A stretch of 64,000 nucleotides of DNA from an uncultured Bacteroidota bacterium (GTDB lineage: Bacteria > Bacteroidota > Bacteroidia > UKL13-3), in NCBI GenBank assembly GCA_903883965.1, contig CAISCU010000006.1:4103-68102 (forward strand), in the 5' to 3' direction. Both the position numbers and the translations under genes were made by a program. How positions within the stretch are numbered: the stretch's first letter is position 1; each line of letters begins with the position of its first letter. The notes beneath the pieces are model-generated. The model was not told where the DNA came from. It made no database searches and was given only the letters and a program-made list of their open reading frames with translations. Positions 31,392 through 41,735 of the stretch are shown here, piece by piece.

Positions 31392-32108
31392 TTAATCGGA
31401 TTCTTCGGTAATCAATACAAATTTGTATCCAATTCCCCTTGCGGAGTGAATGTAATTAGGTTGTTTTGGATCTTCTTCAAAGTATTTTCTCAGTGCCAAA
31501 ACAAAATTATCAATGGTTCGGGTATTAGGGATAACCGTATAATCCCAAACTACTTTAAGAATGCGCTCTCTGCTTACCACTTGGTTTTTATTTTCTATGA
31601 GCAAACGCATGAGTAAAATTTCTTTTTTAGTTAACTCAAATACCCCATTTACTCCTTTTGCCTCATGGCTTTCAAAGTTGATCCAGTTGTTACCAAAATG
31701 AAAAAGTTTTGGAATACTGCTTTCGCTTTTGATTTTTATTTGTTTGCTTTTTTGCAATAGTTTTTGAACCCTCAAAATTAATTCTTCCAATTCAAAAGGT
31801 TTTGTCAAATAATCATCTGCTCCTTTTCTGAGACCGTTTATTCTGTCTTCTGCGGTATTTTTGGCCGATAAAAACAAGATGGGAATATGGGCATCGTACA
31901 AACGCAAATTTTCACAAACCATTAGTCCGTCCATTTCGGGTAACATAATATCTAGAATAACTAAGTCAAACTTCTGCTCTCTAAATGCTTTGATACTTTC
32001 AGTACCTGTTCGGCAAACAAAAACGTCATAAGACTCCAATTCTAGGTTCAGTTTGAGTGCATGTTGTAGATGCAACTCATCTTCTACCAATAATATTCTA
32101 TCACTCAT
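31392..32108 (-). CDS. OmpR-family response regulator
   Basis: Receiver domain (LLVEDE, D at DLVILDIMLP) plus winged-helix C-terminus. Confidence 0.85.
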   Translation of the reverse strand: MSDRILLVEDELHLQHALKLNLELESYDVFVCRTGTESIKAFREQKFDLVILDIMLPEMDGLMVCENLRLYDAHIPILFLSAKNTAEDRINGLRKGADDYLTKPFELEELILRVQKLLQKSKQIKIKSESSIPKLFHFGNNWINFESHEAKGVNGVFELTKKEILLMRLLIENKNQVVSRERILKVVWDYTVIPNTRTIDNFVLALRKYFEEDPKQPNYIHSARGIGYKFVLITEESD

Positions 32109-33207
32109 GGGTTTTAAATCTTATTTTGAAAATACTTCCGCCATCTAAACCATTTTCCACAACCACATCTGCTCCTAATTTGATAGCCAAATTTTTCACT
32201 ATATATAACCCCAAACCTGTACCATTTGTTTTACGGGTATTTTCGTCCCCAATTCTAAAAAACTTATTGAACAATTCTTTTTTAGCAGATTCACTAATAC
32301 CAGGTCCTTTATCAATCACTGACATCTCCACCTGTTTTTCATGTTTTGTCAGTACAACCTGAATTGCAGAATTGTCGGGAGCATATTTAACTGCATTTGA
32401 GAGTAAATTGGTTAAAATGGTATCTACTGCTGAGCTATCGGCGTACACAAAAATTTCGGGTTGAACAGTCAATTGAACGCGTTCTTTTAAATTTCTTGGT
32501 GTGACAAAAAACAATACCGACTTTTCTACCAATTTGCTCAAATTCACTTCTTCTAAATTCAAATGAAACTGCGTGCTGTCAAGCCTTGCAGACAATAACA
32601 GGTTTTCAACTAATAAATTCAGTCTTTCGTTTTCAGCAAGTGAATTTTGGATGATGGTTTCTATTTGTGTTTGTTCTAACTTTCTTTTTTGAAGTGTTTC
32701 TAAATACAGTTTTATTGCTGTTAAAGGTGTTTTGAGCTCATGTGTTACAGAAAGTAAAAAATTGGTTTGATTACGCTTGAGCGCAAGGTCTTTTTTAAAG
32801 GTTGCATATATTCTGTAAAGGCCCCAGAAAATAATCGCCATAATGGCAAGCCCCTCTAAAATGTACATCCAAAGTTTGCGTTTGTAGGCAGTTTCAAGAG
32901 AAAGGTAAGAGCTCTCTAAAGGCCTAATCATGAAATTAGATATAGGGTCAGCATTTGGCAAAAAAACCAATTCTAGCTTTGGAAAATGAAGTATGAAATA
33001 TTTTTTCATGCCTATACTGTCTTCATACAATTCTTGCTGTTTGGCCAATTCAACATCTATGCTTGCTTTGTAGCACATTGTTTCAATGTTTTCTTTTTCA
33101 AGTTCATAGATCAGTTTTGCCGATCTACAATGGGCATAGGTCCACCAACTGAAAGCGCTTATAATGTAAAAAGACAGTAAAATAAAAATCAGTTTAGGGC
33201 TAATCAA
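32101..33207 (-). CDS. Sensor histidine kinase
   Basis: Two TM helices, H-box HELKTPLTAI, N/G boxes (GTGLGLYIV); overlaps the RR start. Confidence 0.8.
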   Translation of the reverse strand: MISPKLIFILLSFYIISAFSWWTYAHCRSAKLIYELEKENIETMCYKASIDVELAKQQELYEDSIGMKKYFILHFPKLELVFLPNADPISNFMIRPLESSYLSLETAYKRKLWMYILEGLAIMAIIFWGLYRIYATFKKDLALKRNQTNFLLSVTHELKTPLTAIKLYLETLQKRKLEQTQIETIIQNSLAENERLNLLVENLLLSARLDSTQFHLNLEEVNLSKLVEKSVLFFVTPRNLKERVQLTVQPEIFVYADSSAVDTILTNLLSNAVKYAPDNSAIQVVLTKHEKQVEMSVIDKGPGISESAKKELFNKFFRIGDENTRKTNGTGLGLYIVKNLAIKLGADVVVENGLDGGSIFKIRFKTHE

Positions 33208-33213
33208 GAGCTT

Positions 33214-33429
33214 TTAAGAATTTAAGATGGTTCTTTCTTGTTTGATGTATTTTTTTAAATTGATCCAGAAGGCCATTACCAAGTATACAATCAATGGAGA
33301 TCCAATGGTTAAGCAAGATGCATATATAAAGTACAGCCGAATCCGATTGCTGGATATACCAAACTTTTCACCGATGTAGCTACATACTCCAAAAGCGCTT
33401 TTTTCTATACTGTATTTGATATTTTCCAT
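33214..33429 (-). CDS. PspC-domain membrane protein
   Basis: KSAFGVCSYIGEKFGISSNRIRLYFI followed by a TM helix; 6 bp upstream of the HK. Confidence 0.65.
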   Translation of the reverse strand: MENIKYSIEKSAFGVCSYIGEKFGISSNRIRLYFIYASCLTIGSPLIVYLVMAFWINLKKYIKQERTILNS

Positions 33430-33583
33430 TTGTTAATGCTGCAAGTTTGGTAGCTTTCAACGTGATGAATATACGCTTATTTTATTAAAAACACATTAAT
33501 AGACAGTTTTGCTGTCGGATTGTTTTTAAAATCATTATTTTGCATTGCTTTTTACAGCTGTAAAAGCAAAAAAAATTGAATAC

Positions 33584-35845
33584 ATGAAAAAAATTATTTT
33601 TACTTTTTTGGGTCTCGGTTTTTTAATGGCCAAAGCCCAAACCACTTTGCCAACATCGTGGAGTTTTGCAAATCCTGCTCCAACTGGTGCTGCATCACCT
33701 AGCCCAACCGGTCCTGAATCTAATGGTCCTACAGGTTGGTCAACTAAATTAGACATCAATGCTTCAGGTAATACACCATTTACCTACTCTTCAGGTCAGG
33801 ACGGGAATGCTGCTTGTAAACTGGATGCAACTGGTGAATACGTGAAAATATGGTTTACCGACAAGCCCGGAGCTTTGAGTTATTATATCAAAGGAACAGC
33901 CATTTCACCAAATCCACCTTTCTCAGGCACATTTACTGTTCAACAATCTGCAGATGGTACTACTTGGTCTGATTTACATGTGTTTACTCAAGCAAATTTA
34001 ACTGCCACAAGTTTTACAAATTTTATTGATACACCTGCCGCAAATACACGTTATGTGCGCTTTTATTATTCACAGAAAGTATCCGGTTCAAATATTTCAT
34101 TAGACAATATTACATTGGCCAGTGCTCCTGCTACTCCAGCACCTAAAATGAATATCAAACAAGGTTCAAGTGACATTGTCAATTTCAGTACATTTGTTAT
34201 AGGCAAATCTGCCGCAACCACTTTTACCGTTGAAAACAAGGGCACTGCAGATACTTTGTTTGTAAATGGAGTTACCACAGGTGGTGATGCACTTGCAGAT
34301 TATACAATTACAGGTGCACCATTAGCAGTACCAGCAAATAGTTCTGCTACTTTTATTGTTAATTTCAGCACCAATTTAACGGGTACTAGAAAGGCATCTA
34401 TAACCATCAATTCTAATGATCCAGATAAACCACAGTTTTTAGTTTACTTATACGGTATTGGAGGTGATTTTGCATCAGAACCAACAGCTCAAGCCAGTTC
34501 TTTGAATTTTACCAATGTAAAAGCATACAGTTTCAATGTGAATTATTCAGCATCTGCTGCATCTGAAAAATATTTGGTGCTGAAAAAATTAGGTTCAGCA
34601 ATTACAGCAGCACCTATAGATGGGCAAACCTACCAAAGAGGAGATATCATAGGCGATGCACAAGTAGCAATGGTAGGAACTGATACCACTTTTAAACCAT
34701 CTTATGTATTGGCCAATTCTACTTATCATTATGCCGTATTTCCTTTCAATGGTCCAACAGGTTTTGAAAATTACACAGCCAATTCGCTTGCTAACAGTGT
34801 CAATACAACAGGTGCTAACTCAGGAAATTACTATACCGGAATTGACCCAACCAAATCAACTTTTCTAACAGATTTATCGGCTAAAATTAACACACACGAT
34901 ACCATTTACTACAGCAATTTTTCTAGTTCTTTGGTAAATAATTGGTTGGCCAAGGACACTACTGCTGGTAGAAAAGTAGTTTATTGTGTGTACACTCATT
35001 TGCCTTATGTTTATACTGAACCATTTGTATGGGCAAGTTCCGCTTCAAATGGTAATTTAACCAGAGAACATACCTATGCTCAAAGTTGGATGCCGAGCAA
35101 TATAGGCAATGCAAATTGGCCTAATGGAAGCAACAACAAAGAACTTCCTGAATACAACGACCAACACCATTTGTTTCCTGCAGACCAACTCAACGCAAAT
35201 GCTGTGCGCTCTAACTCTTCATTTGGTGAAGTTGTAACTGTACAATCTACTTCTCCATCTGGTTTTGGTAAATTAGGAACCAATGCCAATGGAATTAAAG
35301 TTTGGGAGCCTAAGGATGAACACAAAGGTGATGTAGCCAGGGCATTGTTTTACATGGCAACTTGTTACAATGGGGTAGATAGTAAAAACTGGGGAATGGG
35401 TATTGGTGCATTTAGCCAAGACACAGCAGTTTTGATGAAATGGCACAGACAAGATCCACCTAGTGAACACGAAATTGCCAGACATGAATATGTTTATTCA
35501 ATTCAAAAAAATAGAAACCCTTTTATTGACCATCCTGAATGGGCAAATTCAATCAATTTTGTAAACATGACATGGATTCCAACTTCTTCGGTGGGTTTGA
35601 AAGAACAAAATGCATTGAGTCAAGTTCAAGTTTACCCGAACCCAGTTCAAGAATCACAAATTACATTAAATGGTGCGCCATTTGGTACACATGCTTTGTT
35701 ATTTGATTATTCTGGCAAATTGATTTTCAAAGGGGATGTAGATGCCAACAATAGCATTCAAACAGGAAAATTAAACGCAGGAGTGTATTTATTGGAATTG
35801 AATTTCAATGGTGCCAAAAGCTATCACAAAGTGTTGAGCAACTAA
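33584..35845 (+). CDS. Extracellular endonuclease I family nuclease with N-terminal beta-rich domains and T9SS C-terminal domain
   Basis: Endonuclease I motifs (REHTYAQSW; DQHHLFPA..N..RSNSSFGEV); T9SS-type C-terminus ...GVYLLELNFNGAKSYHKVLSN; start picked at MKKIIFTFLGL. Confidence 0.8.
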   Translation: MKKIIFTFLGLGFLMAKAQTTLPTSWSFANPAPTGAASPSPTGPESNGPTGWSTKLDINASGNTPFTYSSGQDGNAACKLDATGEYVKIWFTDKPGALSYYIKGTAISPNPPFSGTFTVQQSADGTTWSDLHVFTQANLTATSFTNFIDTPAANTRYVRFYYSQKVSGSNISLDNITLASAPATPAPKMNIKQGSSDIVNFSTFVIGKSAATTFTVENKGTADTLFVNGVTTGGDALADYTITGAPLAVPANSSATFIVNFSTNLTGTRKASITINSNDPDKPQFLVYLYGIGGDFASEPTAQASSLNFTNVKAYSFNVNYSASAASEKYLVLKKLGSAITAAPIDGQTYQRGDIIGDAQVAMVGTDTTFKPSYVLANSTYHYAVFPFNGPTGFENYTANSLANSVNTTGANSGNYYTGIDPTKSTFLTDLSAKINTHDTIYYSNFSSSLVNNWLAKDTTAGRKVVYCVYTHLPYVYTEPFVWASSASNGNLTREHTYAQSWMPSNIGNANWPNGSNNKELPEYNDQHHLFPADQLNANAVRSNSSFGEVVTVQSTSPSGFGKLGTNANGIKVWEPKDEHKGDVARALFYMATCYNGVDSKNWGMGIGAFSQDTAVLMKWHRQDPPSEHEIARHEYVYSIQKNRNPFIDHPEWANSINFVNMTWIPTSSVGLKEQNALSQVQVYPNPVQESQITLNGAPFGTHALLFDYSGKLIFKGDVDANNSIQTGKLNAGVYLLELNFNGAKSYHKVLSN

Positions 35846-35868
35846 TTTTAGATACATATTGTATCATC

Positions 35869-35901
35869 AAAAGGAGGCGAGATGCCTCCTTTTGTATTTT
35901 T
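35869..35901 (+). terminator. Rho-independent terminator after the nuclease gene
   Basis: AAGGAGGC-GAGAT-GCCTCCTT then TTGTATTTTT. Confidence 0.55.
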
Positions 35902-35958
35902 AAACAATGAATGTTTGGCAAATTTGTTACCTTTATAGCAAGTATTTTAGTCTACCAA

Positions 35959-38900
35959 ATGTTCAAACCTATACAAATATCAGTTGTCTTTTGTTGCATG
36001 GTTTTTTGTGCGTTTTCTGCAAATGCTCAAATCTATTTTTCCGAAAATTTTGATCAAGCTTTTCAGATTAGCACCAATGCACCAATTGGGTGGACACAAA
36101 CTGCCAATAATTTATTGGGTGATGGATTGGCAACACCCAATGGTATTGATGGGCCTAAAAATTGGGAACAAAATAACAGTCCACAATCTACTTGGTTAAA
36201 AGGCTCAAATCAAGGCGTTGCCCCCTTAACAACTATTGGAAACGGTGTTTTGTGGTTGGAAGATTTTGCATTTGGTCCTCAAGCAAATACCATGTCGAGA
36301 AGGATTGAAACCCCAGCTATTAACTTAACTGCAGCTGTTGAGCCTTATTTGAAATTCAATTATTTTTGCGCGCAAGCTTCAAACGCTTTATACCCTCTGG
36401 TATTAATGGCTTCGGCTGATAATGGTTTAACTTGGAAACCAATTGCACATGTTCAACCCAATGCCGCAATTCCTACCACCTCACGCAGTGGATCTGGGGC
36501 CATGAGTGCAGCAACTAATTGGTCAAATATTTTCCTAAAAATCCCTTCTAATTATTGGGTATCACAAGCAAAATTTGCCTTTTACAGGAATGCATCTTAC
36601 AACCAAACAGCCAACTTATTTATAGATAGTTTGTGTGTTTTAGAATATACACCTACTACTATTCAATCAGTTCAAAGTGGCTTGTGGAGCAATCCCAGTA
36701 CATGGGCTGGAGCTGTGGTTCCTGATGCCAATTCACATGTAATTGTTTCGGCTAACCACACCGTTGAAATAGATGTAAACATTGCAAGAACCCAACGCTT
36801 AACCATTGATGGAACCTTGCGTTTTTATTCTTCATCAAGCGAACAAGTTTTGCAAACATTTGATCAAATGACCATCAGCTCAAATGGAAGCTATACCTCT
36901 AATACTACAATTAGTAATTTGGTTTCGAGGTGGACTTTTATAGGTGCAGGCCTCACAAATAATGGCAGTATCAATGTGAGCGGATCTACTAGTACTGCTT
37001 TGTTGTTTTCAGGGGGCAGTTCAGCCATCATCAATGGTTTAGGAACCTATAGCAATGGACACATACCAAGAATCTATCAACTCAATGCTGCTGGATTAAA
37101 TATATTGGCTCCATTAACTGTGAGCAATGCTTTTTATTTGATTGAAGGACCTGTACTGCAAGCGCAACTCTTGACTATTGGTTCAAGCGCTTTGGGTACA
37201 ACAGTAACCATTATAAAGAATGCCCGTTCTTCTTTTTTAAATAGACCCATATTGCCCAAATTAACAGTCAATAGAAATGTATTGTATGGGGGTACTGTGA
37301 ATGGCAATATGCCTGCTGCAATTCTCGGAAAAGACACTATTTTTAATGGCTATGAATGCGATTCTTTGAACAGTACAGAATCTATTATTTATGGTGGCTT
37401 AACCATTAATACCATGGACCACGTGAAACTCAGCTCAAACCTTCGGGTGGGCAGTTCAACACTTGGTGGTTCTTTGGCTTGTCAAAGGGGAATTGTTTTT
37501 ACAACAGCATCGAATTTATTGATTTTGGGCCCTTTGAGTACAGGTAGTATAGGTGCTGAGCCGGCTACCTCTAATCCTCCAACAACACAAGGTTCCTACG
37601 TAGTTGGGCCCATTAAATTTGAAAGAAACAACAGCAATTCAAACAGTATTTATATTCCGTTAGGATTGGGTACATCTTATTTACAAAATACGGTGAGCAG
37701 CAACCATTTAAAAACATTGGTTTTAAATCCGGGTGCCAATTGGAATAACCAGCAACTGACTTTTAAAATTTTATCGCAAACCAGTGGTCCTTTAGATACT
37801 GGTTTAACCTCTTTAATGTCTGATAAAACCTATCATATTGATTTGAATTCGGGTAACGACTTGCCGATAACAGCAAGCCTCACACTTCGTGGCATGAATT
37901 ATTCTTATGGCAATAGCGATAATTTATCTGGTAATATTAATCAGGTATATGTGGCTCAAGCTACTGGTCCAGCTGGCAACACCTGGAGAAGAAGGGGATT
38001 GCCTTCTAACAGCACTGGAAGCTTTGTTTCCAACACCATTTATACGTTTACATCTACTACAGCTTCACCTTATGGACCAATTGCTCCATTGGCTAGTAAG
38101 GGAAATTATTTTACATTGGTTTCCAATGCACCTGTCATGGGCATTTCAGGTACTACCATCACACGCAATACAGCTGTTATTGCAGCAGGTTCTCAAAACA
38201 ATGTCATGCTTAGGGTTAAAATCAGTACCAATGGACAACTCAACCGAAACCTTACACAATTCAATTTGTCTACTATAGGTACTAAAAATAATTTAGCCAT
38301 TGCAGCAGCTAAAATTTATTATACAGGTGCTGATTCTGTTTTCTCAACAGCAACTCAGTTTGGCTCAAGCATACTTAACCCAATAGGAAATTTTGTTTGT
38401 GCTGGTACCCAATCTTTGTTGGCTGGGAACAATTATTTTTGGATAGTTTATTCGGTTTCTGCTCAGGCCAATATTGGCGATAGTTTAGCTGCAAATGTGA
38501 ACAATTATGTGTTTAATGGCAGCACCCAAACACCAATATTGCCCAATCAAGATTACAGGGTAGTAACTGCAGCAATGAGTTTGTTGAATATGCAGGCAGT
38601 TCAAACTAATTTTTACAAAGTAGAGCAAGGTTCGGTTAACAATCAATTGTTGGATATTCGCTTGGTTATGAGCAGTACAGGAGCTCCAACAACGCTCACA
38701 GAATTTACTTTCAATACAAATGGTTCGGGTGCAAACCCTGCCGCATTAATTACAAATGCGCAATTGTATTATACAGGTAAAAGTGCTGTTTTTTCGACTC
38801 AAAATTTAATTGGAAAACTGATGAATCCGCAGGGAGTATACTCCTTAATAGCCAATATCAATCTAGCAAATGATACCAATTATTTTTGGTTAACCTATGA

Positions 38901-40869
38901 CATAGCCAATTATGCAACTGTGGGCGATTCGGTAGGTTCAAACCTGCAGTCATTGACAATTGCAGGTCAACTATTCAATAACAATTCAATTGGGGTATTT
39001 AACAGAAAAATAGTACAAGCTTATTGTAAATCATACGCCCAAAGCATCACCGACGAAGAAATTTGGAATGTTACATTGTCAAACCTAACAAACAGCACAA
39101 CATGTAGTTCTATTGGAGCTTATGGGTCTATACTAAATGCCTATAATAATTATACTTTGTTACCTGCTGCCAATTGTACAAAAGGACAGATCTATCAACT
39201 CTCATTGCTATTGGGTTCTTGTGCGGCAACCAATACCTCTAATGCAGCTGTTTTTATAGATTTTAACCAAAATGGTTTATTTACTGATGCTGGAGAACTG
39301 GTTTATACAAGCGGTTCGCATACGAGTAACAATACAGCAGGATTGTTTTTTACTGGAAACATAAAGGTGCCCATTTATGCCATTACTGGCCCTACAAGAA
39401 TGAGGGTAGTATATGCTGAACAATCTACTACACCATCACCATGTGGTGCATACGGCTATGGAGAAACAGAAGACTATACTGTTTTTATAAATGATCCAGT
39501 TGCAGGAACTTATACCTGGACAGGTACTTTGTCTAACGATTATACACAGCCCAATAACTGGTTACCATCACGAGTGGTTCCTAGTTTTGGAGACAGGTTG
39601 ATTTTTAATAGTACAGCAAACATTCAGCAGGTAATAACAGAACAAGTAAAGTCTATGTTTGTTGCCGATGGCATACAGGTTCAATTCAATGGTACTCATG
39701 GAGCAGTAATCAATGTCTTTGATACCCTTCAATTAGGCAATAATTCAAAGGTATTTTTAAAAGACAATATACAGCTCAAATTGGGTGCAGATACTACTTA
39801 CAACGGCACTTTAATAAGTGCTTCAAACGGTGGCATATTGGGTAATTTTTGTAGGTGGTTGAATGGCAACAATACCAGCCTTCTTTTTCCACTCATTGAT
39901 ACATTTGGATTGAGTAAAAAGTTGACTTTTACATTGAATCAATTGCCAGTAACATATGGCAGTGTAACGTTTCAGTTTATACAGCAAAAACCTTCAGATT
40001 TAGGCTTGCCATTGTTTGACCAAAGCGCATCTAAATGGGCACATCTGGTAGGGGTTAATGGTTACTGGGAAATGAGCCAACAAGGTTTTCCGTCTTTAAT
40101 AGATTACAATATACAACTTTCTGCCAATGGCTTTTATGGAGTGCAAAATGCTGCTGAATTGGTACTTATTTATAGGTCAGATTCAAACGCTAGTTGGCAA
40201 TCTTTGGGAGTACATGTGCCTACCACAGGTTCAAATACAATGCCCATTTTAGGTAGACAGTCTTTGACTCAAATTGGGCAATTTGGGGTAGGTTCAGACA
40301 TCAATTACAATTCTTTACCAGTTAAATTTTTGAGTGTTGATGCATGGAGAAATTTAAATGATGTAATGGTGTCTTGGAAAACTGCATTGGAAATAAACAA
40401 TATGGGATTTGAAATACAAAGAAGTGTAAATGATCAAGCCTATGATTCCATTGGATTTGTAAATGGAGCAGTTAATAGCATGCAAGTGCAATCTTATTCA
40501 TTTACAGACAATGATGCTTTTGTAAAAACAGCCAGCAATGAATTGTATTACCGCATTAAACAAATAGATGTAGATGGAAAGGCTACCTATACCCAATCAA
40601 AAAAGGTAATGGGCAATTCCATTCCATTTGCAGCAAAACCTGTTCCATTTACCAATCAATTATTGCTTTCTTTTTCTATGCCTTACCCTGGTAAAGCCAA
40701 TATTGCATTGTTGAATTTATCTGGTAAAAAGGTATTGGAACTAAACCCAGAATTAATGAGTGGAAACCAACAATTATTATTACCCAATTTAGAAGCTTTG
40801 CCTTCGGGTGTATACCTGTTGGAATTCCAAACCGATTCTGAACACATTCTATTGAAAGTTTTAAAATGA
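35959..40869 (+). CDS. Giant secreted protein with GEVED-like domain and T9SS C-terminal domain
   Basis: Signal peptide; GETEDYTVF (GEVED-type) motif; beta-rich throughout; T9SS-type C-terminus ...GVYLLEFQTDSEHILLKVLK; start picked at MFKPIQ (35911 possible). Confidence 0.7.
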   Translation: MFKPIQISVVFCCMVFCAFSANAQIYFSENFDQAFQISTNAPIGWTQTANNLLGDGLATPNGIDGPKNWEQNNSPQSTWLKGSNQGVAPLTTIGNGVLWLEDFAFGPQANTMSRRIETPAINLTAAVEPYLKFNYFCAQASNALYPLVLMASADNGLTWKPIAHVQPNAAIPTTSRSGSGAMSAATNWSNIFLKIPSNYWVSQAKFAFYRNASYNQTANLFIDSLCVLEYTPTTIQSVQSGLWSNPSTWAGAVVPDANSHVIVSANHTVEIDVNIARTQRLTIDGTLRFYSSSSEQVLQTFDQMTISSNGSYTSNTTISNLVSRWTFIGAGLTNNGSINVSGSTSTALLFSGGSSAIINGLGTYSNGHIPRIYQLNAAGLNILAPLTVSNAFYLIEGPVLQAQLLTIGSSALGTTVTIIKNARSSFLNRPILPKLTVNRNVLYGGTVNGNMPAAILGKDTIFNGYECDSLNSTESIIYGGLTINTMDHVKLSSNLRVGSSTLGGSLACQRGIVFTTASNLLILGPLSTGSIGAEPATSNPPTTQGSYVVGPIKFERNNSNSNSIYIPLGLGTSYLQNTVSSNHLKTLVLNPGANWNNQQLTFKILSQTSGPLDTGLTSLMSDKTYHIDLNSGNDLPITASLTLRGMNYSYGNSDNLSGNINQVYVAQATGPAGNTWRRRGLPSNSTGSFVSNTIYTFTSTTASPYGPIAPLASKGNYFTLVSNAPVMGISGTTITRNTAVIAAGSQNNVMLRVKISTNGQLNRNLTQFNLSTIGTKNNLAIAAAKIYYTGADSVFSTATQFGSSILNPIGNFVCAGTQSLLAGNNYFWIVYSVSAQANIGDSLAANVNNYVFNGSTQTPILPNQDYRVVTAAMSLLNMQAVQTNFYKVEQGSVNNQLLDIRLVMSSTGAPTTLTEFTFNTNGSGANPAALITNAQLYYTGKSAVFSTQNLIGKLMNPQGVYSLIANINLANDTNYFWLTYDIANYATVGDSVGSNLQSLTIAGQLFNNNSIGVFNRKIVQAYCKSYAQSITDEEIWNVTLSNLTNSTTCSSIGAYGSILNAYNNYTLLPAANCTKGQIYQLSLLLGSCAATNTSNAAVFIDFNQNGLFTDAGELVYTSGSHTSNNTAGLFFTGNIKVPIYAITGPTRMRVVYAEQSTTPSPCGAYGYGETEDYTVFINDPVAGTYTWTGTLSNDYTQPNNWLPSRVVPSFGDRLIFNSTANIQQVITEQVKSMFVADGIQVQFNGTHGAVINVFDTLQLGNNSKVFLKDNIQLKLGADTTYNGTLISASNGGILGNFCRWLNGNNTSLLFPLIDTFGLSKKLTFTLNQLPVTYGSVTFQFIQQKPSDLGLPLFDQSASKWAHLVGVNGYWEMSQQGFPSLIDYNIQLSANGFYGVQNAAELVLIYRSDSNASWQSLGVHVPTTGSNTMPILGRQSLTQIGQFGVGSDINYNSLPVKFLSVDAWRNLNDVMVSWKTALEINNMGFEIQRSVNDQAYDSIGFVNGAVNSMQVQSYSFTDNDAFVKTASNELYYRIKQIDVDGKATYTQSKKVMGNSIPFAAKPVPFTNQLLLSFSMPYPGKANIALLNLSGKKVLELNPELMSGNQQLLLPNLEALPSGVYLLEFQTDSEHILLKVLK

Positions 40870-40884
40870 TTCTGTTGATTTGCA

Positions 40885-41724
40885 ATGAAAATGACAATAA
40901 AAAAATACATATTTAGTTTAGCTATTGCTACACTTGTTTTGGGGTGTAGCAGTGAAAAAGATGCAAGTTTCACCGACAATTGTGGTGGCAAAGCCCCTGG
41001 TGGAGCAGTTGGATTATTAATGGATGTGAGCAGAGATTACCAAATGGGTTTGTCTACGGCCAATCAAATTGATTCAGATCCTAAAAACTATCAAGTATTG
41101 GATTCAGCCAAATATGCCACAGCCTATGGCTATTTGTATGCCATTCGTAACAATATTTTAAACTCAGGAAAAGTGTATTACAGAAATGAATTTCCTTGGC
41201 GTGTTCGCATCATTAAAAATGACAGCGTGCTGAATGCTTTTTGTACTCCTGGTGGCTTTATTTATGTATACACTGGTATAATCAAATACCTCGATAACGA
41301 AACACAATTGGCAGGGGTATTGGGTCATGAAATTGCCCATGCAGACAGAAGGCATGGTGCCAATCAAATGCTCAAACAATATGGTTTACAAACATTGATA
41401 GATATTTTTACTAGTGGAACCACCCAACAGTTGGCAACTTTGGCAGAAAATTTATTGATGCTCAAATTTAGTAGAACTGATGAAACGGAAGCCGATGATT
41501 ACAGTGTAAGGTATTTATTGGGTACACCTTATGATGCTCAAGGAGCAAAATTTTTCTTTCAAAAAATAGGCGGTTCACAACGTGTACCAGAATTTTTAAG
41601 CACACACCCCAATCCAGACAACAGGGTCAATAACATTGAAGCCACCTGGAGTTGTTTGGGAAGTGGAGGCAATAAAGAACTATTTGCACAACGCTATGCT
41701 TTGTTCAAAGCCAGTTTGCCTTAA
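40885..41724 (+). CDS. M48-family zinc metalloprotease lipoprotein
   Basis: Lipobox LVLGCSS; HEIAH zinc motif. Confidence 0.75.
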   Translation: MKMTIKKYIFSLAIATLVLGCSSEKDASFTDNCGGKAPGGAVGLLMDVSRDYQMGLSTANQIDSDPKNYQVLDSAKYATAYGYLYAIRNNILNSGKVYYRNEFPWRVRIIKNDSVLNAFCTPGGFIYVYTGIIKYLDNETQLAGVLGHEIAHADRRHGANQMLKQYGLQTLIDIFTSGTTQQLATLAENLLMLKFSRTDETEADDYSVRYLLGTPYDAQGAKFFFQKIGGSQRVPEFLSTHPNPDNRVNNIEATWSCLGSGGNKELFAQRYALFKASLP

Positions 41725-41735
41725 CAGGCTAAAAT

